Origin: Magnetococcales bacterium
GTDB lineage: Bacteria; Pseudomonadota; Alphaproteobacteria; UBA2136
Reading direction: 5' to 3'
Assembly (NCBI GenBank): GCA_002689455.1
Contig: NZGE01000002.1
Location: forward strand, 1-57,988
DNA length: 57,988 nt
The notes under the pieces are model-generated. The model saw nothing but the letters and a program-made list of their open reading frames with translations, was not told the DNA's origin and did not search any database. A program made the translations under genes and the position numbers. How positions within the stretch are numbered: the stretch's first letter is position 1; every line of letters starts with the position of its first letter. Positions 30,228 through 40,139 of this stretch are shown piece after piece.

Positions 30228-31415
30228 CTACAAACTTTGTCCACAAGCAAAGCCAGAAGCCCAAGCCCATTGGAAATTATACCCACCAAGCCAGCCTGTT
30301 ACATCCACCACTTCGCCAATAAAGTGTAAACCTTGAACTTTTTTGCTTTCTAAAGTTTTCGCGTCCAGCTCTTTGGTAGAAACTCCGCCTAAGGTGACTT
30401 CGGCTTTACGGTACCCTTCTGTGCCATTGGGTTTAATGCGGAAATTGGTGAAGTATTCTTCAATGCGACGAATTTCTTTATCTCCAAGCTCTGCCATGGG
30501 CTTGTTTTGCATGTCACCCCATTCAAAAAGGCGCTGTGCAAAGCGTTTTGGTAAAATATCACATAAGACGGTTTTAAGTTCTGCCTTGCCGTTTTCAGCA
30601 CGCTTTTCTTTTAAGTATTCTTGCCAGTTTAGTTCTGGAAGCATGCGAATTTTAATTTCTTGGCCAGGTTTCCAGTATGACGATATTTGTAAAATAGCAG
30701 GGCCAGAAACACCACGGTGCGTAATAAGAATATTTTCACGAAAGCTTGTTTTACCACAGGAAACATCGGCATCAATGCTAATGCCAGAAAGGTCAGTGTA
30801 GCGTTCAAGGTCTTTGGTTGAAAATGTAAATGGAACAAGGGCAGGCGTTAGTTCTGTTACTTCTAAATTAAACTTTTCAGCAAGCTTGTGACCAAAGTTT
30901 GTGGCACCCATTTTAGGGATAGAAAGCCCACCTGTTGCAACCACAAGCTTAGCAGCTGAAAATGTGCCTTTGTTTGTGGAAACATTGAATGTGCTGTTGT
31001 TTTTTTCAACATTTCGCACTTCTGTGTTTAGTTGAATTTTTGCACCGTTTTCAGCACATTCGTTTAGCAACATATCTACAATTTGCTGGGCGGATTTATC
31101 ACAGAATTGTTGGCCTAATTTTTTTTCGTGATAAGCAATGTTATAGCTTTCAACAAGGTTTATAAAATTGTCAGGTGTGTATCGCCCAAAAGCACTTTTC
31201 ATAAAGTGTTTGTTACCTGATTGGTATCGGTCAGCAGACGCGCCCGTATTGGTAAAGTTGCAGCGTCCGCCTCCTGAAATAAGGATTTTTTTACCGACTT
31301 TTTCGGCATGGTCTAGCACAATGACTTTACGACCTTTTTTACCAGCATGAATGGCACACATTAAGCCAGCGCCACCAGCGCCAATAATTAAAACATCGCA
31401 GTTAGTGTTGTTCAT
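30228..31415 (-). CDS. HI0933/BaiN-family FAD flavoprotein
   Basis: DVLIIGAGGAGLMCA dinucleotide fold and ISGGGRCNFTN motif. The ATG at 31415 has an AGGAA SD. The ORF-track start at 31484 is probably too long. Confidence 0.8.
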   Translation of the reverse strand: MNNTNCDVLIIGAGGAGLMCAIHAGKKGRKVIVLDHAEKVGKKILISGGGRCNFTNTGASADRYQSGNKHFMKSAFGRYTPDNFINLVESYNIAYHEKKLGQQFCDKSAQQIVDMLLNECAENGAKIQLNTEVRNVEKNNSTFNVSTNKGTFSAAKLVVATGGLSIPKMGATNFGHKLAEKFNLEVTELTPALVPFTFSTKDLERYTDLSGISIDADVSCGKTSFRENILITHRGVSGPAILQISSYWKPGQEIKIRMLPELNWQEYLKEKRAENGKAELKTVLCDILPKRFAQRLFEWGDMQNKPMAELGDKEIRRIEEYFTNFRIKPNGTEGYRKAEVTLGGVSTKELDAKTLESKKVQGLHFIGEVVDVTGWLGGYNFQWAWASGFACGQSL

Positions 31416-31540
31416 TCTGGTTTCCTTAAATTGTTCAGTGCTTAACATAGTGAATTTTTTGAAAAGTACAACTCTTCTAGACAAATCATTTTAAATTTTA
31501 GACAATATAGGCAGAATAAATATAAAGTTAGGAACGTTTT

Positions 31541-32725
31541 ATGAGTACAGATTCAATTGTTATTACGGGTTTTGCACGTACCCCAATGGGTTCTTTTCAA
31601 GGTGCGTTAAGTGAAGTTGCAGCACCAACACTTGGCGGCATTGCAATTGAAGAAGCTGTAAAGCGTTCAGGTGTTTCACCTTCTGATATTGACGAAACCA
31701 TTATGGGTATTGTACTTCCAGCAGGTTTAGGTCAAGCCCCTGCAAGGCAGGCTTCTATTCATGCAGGAATCCCTTTAGATAAAGGTGCGACAACCATTAA
31801 CAAAATGTGCGGAAGTGGCTTAAAGGCAGTGATGATGGCGCACGACCAAATTAAAGCGGGTACGTCTGATATTATGGTGGCTGGTGGTATGGAAAGTATG
31901 ACAAATGCCCCATATTTATTGCCAAAAGCGCGTGGTGGCATGCGTATGGGGCATGCTGAAGTGAAGGACCATATGTTCCTTGATGGCCTTGAAGACGCTT
32001 ATGACAAAGGCAAGCTTATGGGTTGCTTTGCGGATGTTACAGCTGATAAATATAGCTTTACGCGTGAAGCGCAGGATGACTTTGCAATAGAGTCGGTTAA
32101 GCGTGCGCAAAATGCTATTGAGAATGGTTGGTTTAAAGAGGAAATTGTACCTGTTTCTATTGAGACACGTAAAGGCACTGTGCTGGTGGATACGGATGAA
32201 TCACCTTTAAAAGCAAATATTGAAAAAATTCCAAGTTTACGTCCTGCTTTTGGCAAAGAAGGTACAGTGACAGCTGCAAATGCAAGTTCTATTAGTGATG
32301 GTGCAGCGGCAGTTGTGATGATGAAAGAATCCACCGCTAAGGCGAAAAATTTAGCACCAATTGCGAAAATAGTGGCACACAGCACGAATGCACACGAACC
32401 AAACTGGTTTACAACAGCACCTGTAGGCGCTGTTCAGAAAATTTTTGATAAAACAGGTTGGTCGGTTAATGATGTGGACGTTTTTGAAATTAACGAAGCT
32501 TTTGCCGTTGTCACGATGGCTACGATGAAAGACTTGAACATTCCACATTCAAAAGTGAATATTCACGGTGGGGCATGTGCCTTGGGGCACCCTATTGGGG
32601 CATCTGGCGCGCGTATTTTGGTAACGCTTATTTCAGCGCTTAAACGTGTGAATGGTAAAAAGGGTATTGCAACGCTTTGCATTGGTGGTGGTGAAGCTGT
32701 TGCCTTGGCCGTAGAGCTTGTTTAA
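31541..32725 (+). CDS. acetyl-CoA C-acetyltransferase (thiolase II)
   Basis: Active-site regions NKMCGSGLKAV, NIHGGACALGHPIGASGAR, CIGGGEA. Confidence 0.9.
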   Translation: MSTDSIVITGFARTPMGSFQGALSEVAAPTLGGIAIEEAVKRSGVSPSDIDETIMGIVLPAGLGQAPARQASIHAGIPLDKGATTINKMCGSGLKAVMMAHDQIKAGTSDIMVAGGMESMTNAPYLLPKARGGMRMGHAEVKDHMFLDGLEDAYDKGKLMGCFADVTADKYSFTREAQDDFAIESVKRAQNAIENGWFKEEIVPVSIETRKGTVLVDTDESPLKANIEKIPSLRPAFGKEGTVTAANASSISDGAAAVVMMKESTAKAKNLAPIAKIVAHSTNAHEPNWFTTAPVGAVQKIFDKTGWSVNDVDVFEINEAFAVVTMATMKDLNIPHSKVNIHGGACALGHPIGASGARILVTLISALKRVNGKKGIATLCIGGGEAVALAVELV

Positions 32726-32829
32726 GGGTTACCCAACCCTTTTTTATTGTGGGTTGTTTGCGCATTCGTATTATTTTGGAAATACGAGTTTTTTGATGGT
32801 GTTTTAGGGCTTAAAAGAAAGGGCAAAAC

Positions 32830-33975
32830 ATGAATTTTACAGAAGACCAAATTATGATTGGGGACATGGTTGCAAAACTGTGTGTGGATGAAATTGCACC
32901 AAAAGCAGAAATGCGTGACAAAGAAAAGTGTTACCCCAAAGAAGAAGTTGAAGCCTTGTTTGCCCACGGCATTATGGGGATGACCGTTTCAGAAAACTAT
33001 GGTGGCTCAGGGGCGGATACACTTTCACAGGCTTTATCTATTGAACATATCGCCCGTGCCAATGGTGGCTTATCCACCATTGTGGCTGTTCAGTCGTTGG
33101 TTTGTGGGATTTTGGAAAAATGCGGAAACGAAGCTCAAAAACAAAAATATTTAACAAAACTCACCAGTGATACGGTTGGGGCTTTTGCCTTAACAGAACC
33201 GCATGCAGGTTCCGACGCTTCTGCCTTACGCACCACAGCCGTGCGTGAAGGTGACTTTTATATTTTAAATGGCAGTAAACAATTTATAACGTCTGGGCAA
33301 ACAGGGGGCTTGGCTATTATTTTTGCCGTGACCGACCCTTCTGCGGGAAAAAAGGGAATTTCAGCCTTTATTGTTGCAACAGATAGCGAAGGTTATGATG
33401 CATCACGCCTTGAAGATAAAATGGGGCAACATTGTAGCGATACGGCACAAGTTGTTTTAACCAATGTGAAAGTGCCAGCTGAAAACCGAATTGGTGAAGA
33501 AGGGGATGGTTATAAAATAGCTTTATCGAACCTTGAAAATGGTCGCATTTCCATTGCAGCACAGTGCTTAGGTTTGGCAAGGGCGGCTTATGTGGAAGCT
33601 TCAAGTTATGCAAGGGACCGTAAAACATTTGGTAAAGCCATTGCAGAGCATCAAGCCGTTGGCTTTAAACTAGCAGAAATGAAAACAAAACTTTTTGCAG
33701 CATCGCACATGGTGTATGAAGCGGCTGCTTTAAAGGATAGCCAGCAACCTTGTTTACAAGAAGCTTGTATGGCAAAGCTTTACGCTTCAGAAGCGGCCAT
33801 TGAAATAGCCGATAAAGCACTCCAAATTCATGGCGGTTATGGCTACATTCAGGATTATCCAATTGAACGTATTTACCGTGATGTGCGTGTGTGTAGCTTA
33901 TACGAAGGCACAAGCGATATTCAAAAAATGATTATATCCCGAGGAATCTTAAAAGTTGAAAAAATTAGAAAGTAA
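32830..33975 (+). CDS. acyl-CoA dehydrogenase
   Basis: ALTEPHAGSD, QIHGGYGYIQDYPIERIYRD, YEGTSDIQ signatures. Confidence 0.85.
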   Translation: MNFTEDQIMIGDMVAKLCVDEIAPKAEMRDKEKCYPKEEVEALFAHGIMGMTVSENYGGSGADTLSQALSIEHIARANGGLSTIVAVQSLVCGILEKCGNEAQKQKYLTKLTSDTVGAFALTEPHAGSDASALRTTAVREGDFYILNGSKQFITSGQTGGLAIIFAVTDPSAGKKGISAFIVATDSEGYDASRLEDKMGQHCSDTAQVVLTNVKVPAENRIGEEGDGYKIALSNLENGRISIAAQCLGLARAAYVEASSYARDRKTFGKAIAEHQAVGFKLAEMKTKLFAASHMVYEAAALKDSQQPCLQEACMAKLYASEAAIEIADKALQIHGGYGYIQDYPIERIYRDVRVCSLYEGTSDIQKMIISRGILKVEKIRK

Positions 33976-33980
33976 TATGA

Positions 33981-34874
33981 ATGACAGCAGGTTCAAAATT
34001 TAAACAAGCCATACGAAATAACAAACCGCTTCAGTTATTGGGTGTGTTAAACCCATATATGGCGTTGCAATTGCAAAAAAGTGGTTTCGATGCGGCTTAT
34101 TTAAGTGGCGGTGGTTTGGCTTGTTTTACCCATGGCATTCCAGATGTGGGAGTTTTAACCATGACTGATTTTACAGATGCAATTTATAAAATTACACGTG
34201 TGTGTAACACACCTCTTTTAGCCGACTGTGACACAGGGTTTGGCAACCCCGAAAAATGTGTGCAGGAATATATAAAAGCAGGTGCGGCAGGGTTGCACAT
34301 TGAAGACCAAACTGAAGACAAACGCTGTGGGCACTTGGATGGAAAGTCCACCGTGAGTACGGCTGAAATGGTGGAACGTATTAAGCAAGCTGTTAAAGGT
34401 AAAACATCGGGCGAAATTAAAGACGATGACTTTATGATTATGGCTAGAACTGATGCTTTAGCAACAGAAGGTTTTAATGCGGCTGTTTCCAGAATTGTTT
34501 CATATGTGGAAGCAGGTGCAGATGCTGTTTTTGCAGAAGCCATGCCCGACCTTGAACAATACAAACGCATACGCGAAGCCATTGGACCAGATGTGCCACT
34601 GCTTGCAAATGTGACTGAATATGGCAAGATAGACCTGTTTACATCCCATGAACTGGCAGAACAAGGGGTGGATATTGTTTTGTACCCTGTTTCACTGGCA
34701 AGGGGCATGCACGGTGTGCTTGAAAATTGGTTGACTGAAATTAAAGACACAGGCACAACCCAAGGGATGGTGGATAGGGGAGAGCTGCGCCCGCGTAGTG
34801 AATATAACGCTGTGATTGATTATGATCCAGATCGCGATGACCGAGAAACAGTTTTGGCTAAACTTAAGGTATAG
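33981..34874 (+). CDS. prpB: methylisocitrate lyase
   Basis: Isocitrate lyase/PEP mutase superfamily with DTGFG, HIEDQ and KRCGH motifs. prpC and prpD are nearby. Confidence 0.85.
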   Translation: MTAGSKFKQAIRNNKPLQLLGVLNPYMALQLQKSGFDAAYLSGGGLACFTHGIPDVGVLTMTDFTDAIYKITRVCNTPLLADCDTGFGNPEKCVQEYIKAGAAGLHIEDQTEDKRCGHLDGKSTVSTAEMVERIKQAVKGKTSGEIKDDDFMIMARTDALATEGFNAAVSRIVSYVEAGADAVFAEAMPDLEQYKRIREAIGPDVPLLANVTEYGKIDLFTSHELAEQGVDIVLYPVSLARGMHGVLENWLTEIKDTGTTQGMVDRGELRPRSEYNAVIDYDPDRDDRETVLAKLKV

Positions 34875-35047
34875 GAACTCTTGCACAGTCTGTTTCGTTT
34901 TTTCTCATGCTCGACTACGATTTTGTAGTCGTCGCCTTTAAAAAACAAAAAAATCCTGCGCAATATCACCTATGCTGACGGAGTGCTGTTTAGGGGGTGA
35001 AATAAAATATCCTCCATATAAGAGCGGTTATTATTGGTGAGTGCAAA

Positions 35048-35077
35048 TAAAAAGCCCTGCATTATGCAGGGCTTTTT
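35048..35077. terminator. bidirectional rho-independent terminator
   Basis: gccctgca-tta-tgcagggc flanked by an A-run and a T-run. Confidence 0.7.
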
Positions 35078-35083
35078 GAATCG

Positions 35084-35470
35084 TTATTTAAAAATGTCTT
35101 GGTGGTACAGCAATGCGTCCACCAGTTGAAGGGTATCAAAATTGTGATTGTTCATTTTAAGGCGTTGAACAATCACACTGGCATAATGCCTCAAAAGGTG
35201 GCGGTTGTAGGCAGTGCTTTTCTGGCTTAAAGTTTCACTTTTACTAAATAAATCTAATATAGACTTTTGAGCTGCAGAAGTAATGCAGATATCATTGTTT
35301 CTAGCGAATATACAAACATATGATATGTGCTGTTTTAGGTTTGGCGTTAAAATCATGTAAGCCAGCTGGCTTTCCACAAAGCTTAATGCTTGTTCTTTAG
35401 AAGGGTCATACATGCTGTAGGGGTTGCCTACAAATCGGGCATTGGAATGTTTAAGTTTTCGTACTTTCAA
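35084..35470 (-). CDS. hypothetical protein (128 aa) inserted between prpB and prpC
   Basis: TTG start with an AGGAG SD at 8 nt, and its own terminator. No known motif. Weak similarity to the 100-aa ORFs at 55.9-56.7 kb. Confidence 0.45.
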   Translation of the reverse strand: MKVRKLKHSNARFVGNPYSMYDPSKEQALSFVESQLAYMILTPNLKQHISYVCIFARNNDICITSAAQKSILDLFSKSETLSQKSTAYNRHLLRHYASVIVQRLKMNNHNFDTLQLVDALLYHQDIFK

Positions 35471-35630
35471 AAAGGTTGCTCCTGAATGAAAAAGTAAAAG
35501 TCAAAGTGAATCTAATATATAAATATCTGTTCTTAGTTATAGGGTTCTGCCACTTCTTTACAAGGCTTTTCTTTTTCAAATGCTATAAGTTCTGTTAAAA
35601 TAAGCAAAAAATAAGAAAAGGTGTTGTTTG

Positions 35631-36755
35631 ATGAGTAAAAAAGTTGGCGGATTAGCAGGGATTAGTGCAGGCGAAACCAAAATTTCTTCAGCGGGTGGTG
35701 CACACAATTTAAGGTATCGTGGTTACAGCATTTACGACCTTTGTGAACATGCATGTTTTGAAGAAGTAGCATATCTTCTTGTGTACGGCACACTGCCAAC
35801 ACAAAGTGACTTAAACGCTTATCAAAAAAAATTAAAGTCTCTGCGTGACTTACCTCAAGCGCTTAAAGACGTTCTGGAAAAAATTCCAGCAGATACACAT
35901 CCAATGGATGTGCTTCGTACAGCAACCTCGTTCCTTGGTAATATAGAACCAGAAAATACAGATGCGGCAACGCATTCTGTTGACCGCTTAATTGCAGCTT
36001 TTCCTGCTATGCTTTGCTATTGGTGGCACTTTAAAGAAACAGGAAAACGTACCCAATGTGTGACAGACGCCGAGGGCACAGCAGAACACTTTTTAACATT
36101 ACTGCATGGTCAAAAACCATCCGATACACATCGTAAAATGATGGACATTTCACTTATTTTATACGCAGAGCACGAATTTAACGCATCAACCTTTACAGCA
36201 CGTGTGATTACCGCAACCATGAGCGACCTTCACAGCGCTGTTTGCGGTGCTATTGGTGCATTGCGTGGCCCACTGCATGGTGGGGCGAATGAAATGGCAA
36301 TGGAACTGATTGAAAAATTCAAAACACCTGCGGAAGCCACGGTAGGTGTGCAAGAAATGTTACAAAATAAAGACTTGATTATGGGTTTTGGCCATCGCGT
36401 TTATACCGAAGCCGACCCACGCAACCGTGTCATTAAAAAATGTTCTAAGCAGTTGGCTGAAGAGCAAGGTAATTTAAATCTTTATGAAATTTCAGAGGCT
36501 ATTGAAAACGTGATGTGGAATGAGAAAAAATTGTTTCCGAACTTAGATTTTTACAGCGCATCTGCTTACCATTTTATGGGTATTCCAACAGGTATGTTTA
36601 CCCCTATATTTGTGATGAGTCGTATCACTGGGTGGGCGGCACACATTTTAGAACAGCGTGGCAACAACAAGCTTATTCGCCCAGCGGCCGACTATACAGG
36701 CCCTGAAGATTTGGAATATCTTCCAATTGAAAAACGTCAAGTTCAAGCAAGTTAA
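35631..36755 (+). CDS. prpC: 2-methylcitrate synthase
   Basis: Citrate synthase family (GFGHRVY, GPLHGGANE). Adjacent to prpD. ATG at 35631 with an AAGGTG SD. Confidence 0.85.
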   Translation: MSKKVGGLAGISAGETKISSAGGAHNLRYRGYSIYDLCEHACFEEVAYLLVYGTLPTQSDLNAYQKKLKSLRDLPQALKDVLEKIPADTHPMDVLRTATSFLGNIEPENTDAATHSVDRLIAAFPAMLCYWWHFKETGKRTQCVTDAEGTAEHFLTLLHGQKPSDTHRKMMDISLILYAEHEFNASTFTARVITATMSDLHSAVCGAIGALRGPLHGGANEMAMELIEKFKTPAEATVGVQEMLQNKDLIMGFGHRVYTEADPRNRVIKKCSKQLAEEQGNLNLYEISEAIENVMWNEKKLFPNLDFYSASAYHFMGIPTGMFTPIFVMSRITGWAAHILEQRGNNKLIRPAADYTGPEDLEYLPIEKRQVQAS

Positions 36756-36765
36756 GGTTGGTTTT

Positions 36766-38187
36766 ATGAGTTCTCAAAGTACAGTTAATATGCGCCCTGA
36801 TTATGACGATGTTATGATGAAAATTGCCGATTATGTCATGGGTTATAATAGTTTTAGTGAAGAGTCCCTTCAAACGGCACGCTATTGCTTGATGGATAGT
36901 TTGGCTTGTGGGCTTATGGCACTTCAATTCGATGCTTGTAAAAAGCACCTTGGCGCGTTGCCTTTTGCTAACGAAAATGTTGAAACCGGTGTTCCTATTC
37001 CAGGTACACATTATAAACTGGACCCTGTCACAGCGGCTTTTAACATTGGCTGTATGATTCGTTGGCTGGATTATAATGACACATGGCTGGCAGCTGAATG
37101 GGGGCACCCAAGTGATAACTTAGGCGCTATTTTAGCGGTGGCTTATATGAACAAAAATTTAACAATGGATGATGTGCTTAAAGCCATGGTGCTTGCCCAT
37201 GAAGTTCAAGGGGTTATTGCTTTAGAAAATAGCTTTAATAAGGTGGGGTTAGACCATGTTGTTTTGGTGAAAATTGCATCGGCTGCTGTGGCAGCGAAAC
37301 TGCTTGGTTACAACAAAGAAGGCGTTCTTAGAGCATTATCTCAAGTATTTGTGGACGGGCAGTCCCTTAGAACGTACCGCCATGCACCGAACGCGGGCAG
37401 ACGCAAAAGCTGGGCTGCGGGTGACGCAACCTCACGTGCCGTACGTTTAGCATACCTTTCTGAGTATTCAGATGAAAGTTACCCAAGTGCGCTGACTGCA
37501 CCTGTGTGGGGCTTTTATGATGTTCTCTTTAAAGGTAAAGAATTCAAATTTCAACGAGACTTTGGCTGCTATGTGATGGAGCAGGTTTTGTTTAAAATTT
37601 CATACCCTGCGGAATTTCATGCTCAAACAGCGGTGGAATGTGCAATAAAAATACATCCTCAGTTAAACAGCAAAAGCATGGATGATATTGATAGAATTGA
37701 ACTGACAACGCATGAAAGCGCTATTCGTATTATTGCGAAGGATGGAAAACTGAATAACCCTGCCGACCGCGACCATTGCTTACAATATATGGTTGCTTGT
37801 GGGTTGTTGTTTGGTGACTTAACAGCAGACATGTATGAAGATAGCTTTGACGGTTTAAGTAATGTAGACTTACTACGTGCTAAAATGGAAGTGAAAGAGA
37901 ATAAACAGTTTAGTGAGGACTATCACGACCCTGAAAAAAGGTCCATTGCCAACAGCGTTCAAATTTTCTTTAATGATGGAACCTCAACGGAAAAGGTAAC
38001 GGTGGAATACCCAATTGGTCACCGCAGAAGACGTGAAGAAGGTATGCCTGTTTTGGTCGAAAAGTTTAAAAAAGCTGTTCGTGCGCATTACACAAGCAAT
38101 AAAGCAAATGACCTTATAAACATGTTTGAAGGTGAAGTATTTAAACAAATGGACGTTCAAAGCTTTATGAAAGCATGGAGTACTTGA
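36766..38187 (+). CDS. prpD: 2-methylcitrate dehydratase
   Basis: MmgE/PrpD family layout, 473 aa from the ATG at 36766. The ORF-track N-terminal extension overlaps prpC and is rejected. Confidence 0.85.
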   Translation: MSSQSTVNMRPDYDDVMMKIADYVMGYNSFSEESLQTARYCLMDSLACGLMALQFDACKKHLGALPFANENVETGVPIPGTHYKLDPVTAAFNIGCMIRWLDYNDTWLAAEWGHPSDNLGAILAVAYMNKNLTMDDVLKAMVLAHEVQGVIALENSFNKVGLDHVVLVKIASAAVAAKLLGYNKEGVLRALSQVFVDGQSLRTYRHAPNAGRRKSWAAGDATSRAVRLAYLSEYSDESYPSALTAPVWGFYDVLFKGKEFKFQRDFGCYVMEQVLFKISYPAEFHAQTAVECAIKIHPQLNSKSMDDIDRIELTTHESAIRIIAKDGKLNNPADRDHCLQYMVACGLLFGDLTADMYEDSFDGLSNVDLLRAKMEVKENKQFSEDYHDPEKRSIANSVQIFFNDGTSTEKVTVEYPIGHRRRREEGMPVLVEKFKKAVRAHYTSNKANDLINMFEGEVFKQMDVQSFMKAWST

Positions 38188-39119
38188 TGACATTAAAAGT
38201 TAACTTAGAGCTTTTAGAGTTTGATAGGCGAGCAAACCTTAAATTGTTTATTATAATGTGTGTTTGTGTTCCTTTAATTTCATATATTTTAAATGGGTTT
38301 ACTCAAAAATTGCAGCCAGACAATTTATTTGTTGGATTGGAAGTTTATATTCAAATATTTTTGTGGGTTTCTTTGTTGCTTCCTCATTTTATGTATAACA
38401 GGTTTTACAAAAGTCATGTTCTACCTATATTAATAAAATCGTTATCAAATTTTAAATTGGGTACGAGTGAGTATCCTTTGAGCAAAGTTAGAAATATTTT
38501 GAAATCTTGTGATATTTGTCCTGATTTTAAAATGATTGATTTTGATGACTTTTTTACAGGTGAAATAGATGGCGTAGGTTTAACATTTGCAGAAGTAAGC
38601 TTAAAAAACGAAAATTCAAATATCTTCCATGGCTGCGCAATTTTAATTGAAATGCCTACCTGTTTTGACGTGGAAATGATTTTGAAATCTCCAGCCTGGA
38701 ATATAGATTTTTTAAATAAAAGCCGTGGTAGCTATAAAAGAATCAAAATGGTAAATCAACAGTTTGAAGGAAGGTTTGATGTTTATGGGTCCGATAATGT
38801 TTTGGTTTATAACTTTTTAACACCAGATGTTGTTGAAAGTATTATAACGGTTTATGACCGTTTTAAACTTTTATTTACAGGCACTTTTTTTTCGAGGGTA
38901 AGAAGAAAAACAGGGAAAAACCAAATGTGCGTTCAAGTGCATGACAACCAAATATTAATGCTTGTACCCACAGGGAGAGATTTGTTCGAGTCTTCAGGTT
39001 TGTTTAAAAGTGTTTATAAGTCTAAAAACATTGAACATATGGCAGAGTGTTTAGAGGCCATTATAAATACGGTATACGCACTTAAACTTGTTGAGCCTGA
39101 GCTTCGCAAGATGAAATAA
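38187..39119 (+). CDS. hypothetical membrane protein translationally coupled to prpD
   Basis: The ATG overlaps the prpD TGA (TGATG). Two N-terminal TM helices, then a ~220-aa soluble domain. No motif recognised. Confidence 0.5.
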   Translation: MTLKVNLELLEFDRRANLKLFIIMCVCVPLISYILNGFTQKLQPDNLFVGLEVYIQIFLWVSLLLPHFMYNRFYKSHVLPILIKSLSNFKLGTSEYPLSKVRNILKSCDICPDFKMIDFDDFFTGEIDGVGLTFAEVSLKNENSNIFHGCAILIEMPTCFDVEMILKSPAWNIDFLNKSRGSYKRIKMVNQQFEGRFDVYGSDNVLVYNFLTPDVVESIITVYDRFKLLFTGTFFSRVRRKTGKNQMCVQVHDNQILMLVPTGRDLFESSGLFKSVYKSKNIEHMAECLEAIINTVYALKLVEPELRKMK

Positions 39120-39264
39120 GCTTTGCGTATTGCGTTTGAACGGTTTCGAAATCTAATTTTTTGTGCTTGTAGTTAAACCCATAATCTTTTTTTTGATTGT
39201 TTTCAAGAATTGTGTAAGTGCCATCTGAGCAGTATAGAATCATGTATTTAGGTAGTGCTTTCAT
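39082..39264 (-). CDS. small hypothetical protein (60 aa), paralogue of 39333..39566
   Basis: Shares ILY.SDGTYTI.E....YGF.YKHK.L with the neighbouring ORF. Confidence 0.45.
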   Translation of the reverse strand: MKALPKYMILYCSDGTYTILENNQKKDYGFNYKHKKLDFETVQTQYAKLISSCEAQAQQV

Positions 39265-39332
39265 GTTTAAATTGCTCCTTTATCATCCTTTGTATAATAA
39301 TATTATGGGGATGCATTTTTAAAAAACAAGAC

Positions 39333-39566
39333 TTAAGAGTCTATTTTTCCTTCAGAGCGTTTCTTTTGGACAATCATTTCAGCTTTTGAAAGGATAGGCT
39401 CGCTGGGGGTGTAACCTTCTTTGAGGGCTTTAATGCACTTTAAAACTTCTTGGTAGGATAAATTCTTATGTTTATAGCTAAAGCCATATTTTTCATTTTC
39501 AGTTTTTTCTATGATTGTATAAGTGCCGTCAGAGCTATATAAAATATGAAATTTTTCTAGAATCAT
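39333..39566 (-). CDS. small hypothetical protein (77 aa), paralogue of 39082..39264
   Basis: Same conserved N-terminal ~40 aa as its neighbour. Confidence 0.5.
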   Translation of the reverse strand: MILEKFHILYSSDGTYTIIEKTENEKYGFSYKHKNLSYQEVLKCIKALKEGYTPSEPILSKAEMIVQKKRSEGKIDS

Positions 39567-39722
39567 TTAAGTTGCTTTGTCGTTGTTCATACCAATTACC
39601 TCATTATAGGTAGGTGCTTGAGTCTAAAATAGACTTGAAAGTCTTGAATTTTTGTAACTTTTTGATTTTTATTGATTTTGGGGCGTCAGTTTTATATTAT
39701 GAAAAGCCTTTGTAGCTTTGGT

Positions 39723-40136
39723 TTATGGGAGGTTTTGGAGGTTGTTCTGAATAATTTCAATACTATCGGCAGATGTAATACGGAATTTTTCTTCTTTTGT
39801 GTTTGCATCTAAAAATGCAACGTAGCCAGTGGCACTTCCTTGTTGTTGGATATACGCACCCAACCCCAAACCCTGTGCCAGAAGAATGGATTGGTGAATG
39901 CGGGGTTTATCGGTCAGGTCTAATTTAACAAACAGAATACTTTTTCGATCTAAAAGGGCTTGTGTTCGTATTTTTTCATATTTAGGTGTTAAATTTTGGC
40001 AGTTTGGGCACCAGTCGGCATAAAAGTAAAGTGCTATGGTTTGTGGTTTTGGTAATTCACGGGCAGTGCTTTGACCGCTGATAATTGTGAGTAATATAGT
40101 AAACACGCAGCTAAATATAAATAAAGTTTTCTTCAT
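39723..40136 (-). CDS. exported thioredoxin-like protein
   Basis: Signal peptide plus a WCPNC redox motif. Starts 3 nt downstream of msrB. Confidence 0.65.
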   Translation of the reverse strand: MKKTLFIFSCVFTILLTIISGQSTARELPKPQTIALYFYADWCPNCQNLTPKYEKIRTQALLDRKSILFVKLDLTDKPRIHQSILLAQGLGLGAYIQQQGSATGYVAFLDANTKEEKFRITSADSIEIIQNNLQNLP

Positions 40137-40139
40137 GGT

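Noticed and set aside
34184-34756. 190-aa minus-strand ORF
   Set aside because: It is antisense shadow of prpB, whose KRCGH/HIEDQ motifs establish the plus strand as coding.
34912-34931. 7-bp hairpin cgactac-gatttt-gtagtcg downstream of prpB as a terminator
   Set aside because: It is not followed by a T-tract on either strand. The clear bidirectional terminator at 35048-35077 is a better candidate, so this is kept only as a note within the prp-split finding.
36658-36765. N-terminal extension of prpD in the ORF track (start at 36658)
   Set aside because: It would overlap the last ~100 nt of prpC. The ATG at 36766 gives a normal PrpD N-terminus (MSSQSTVNMRPDYDDV) and a 10-nt intergenic gap.
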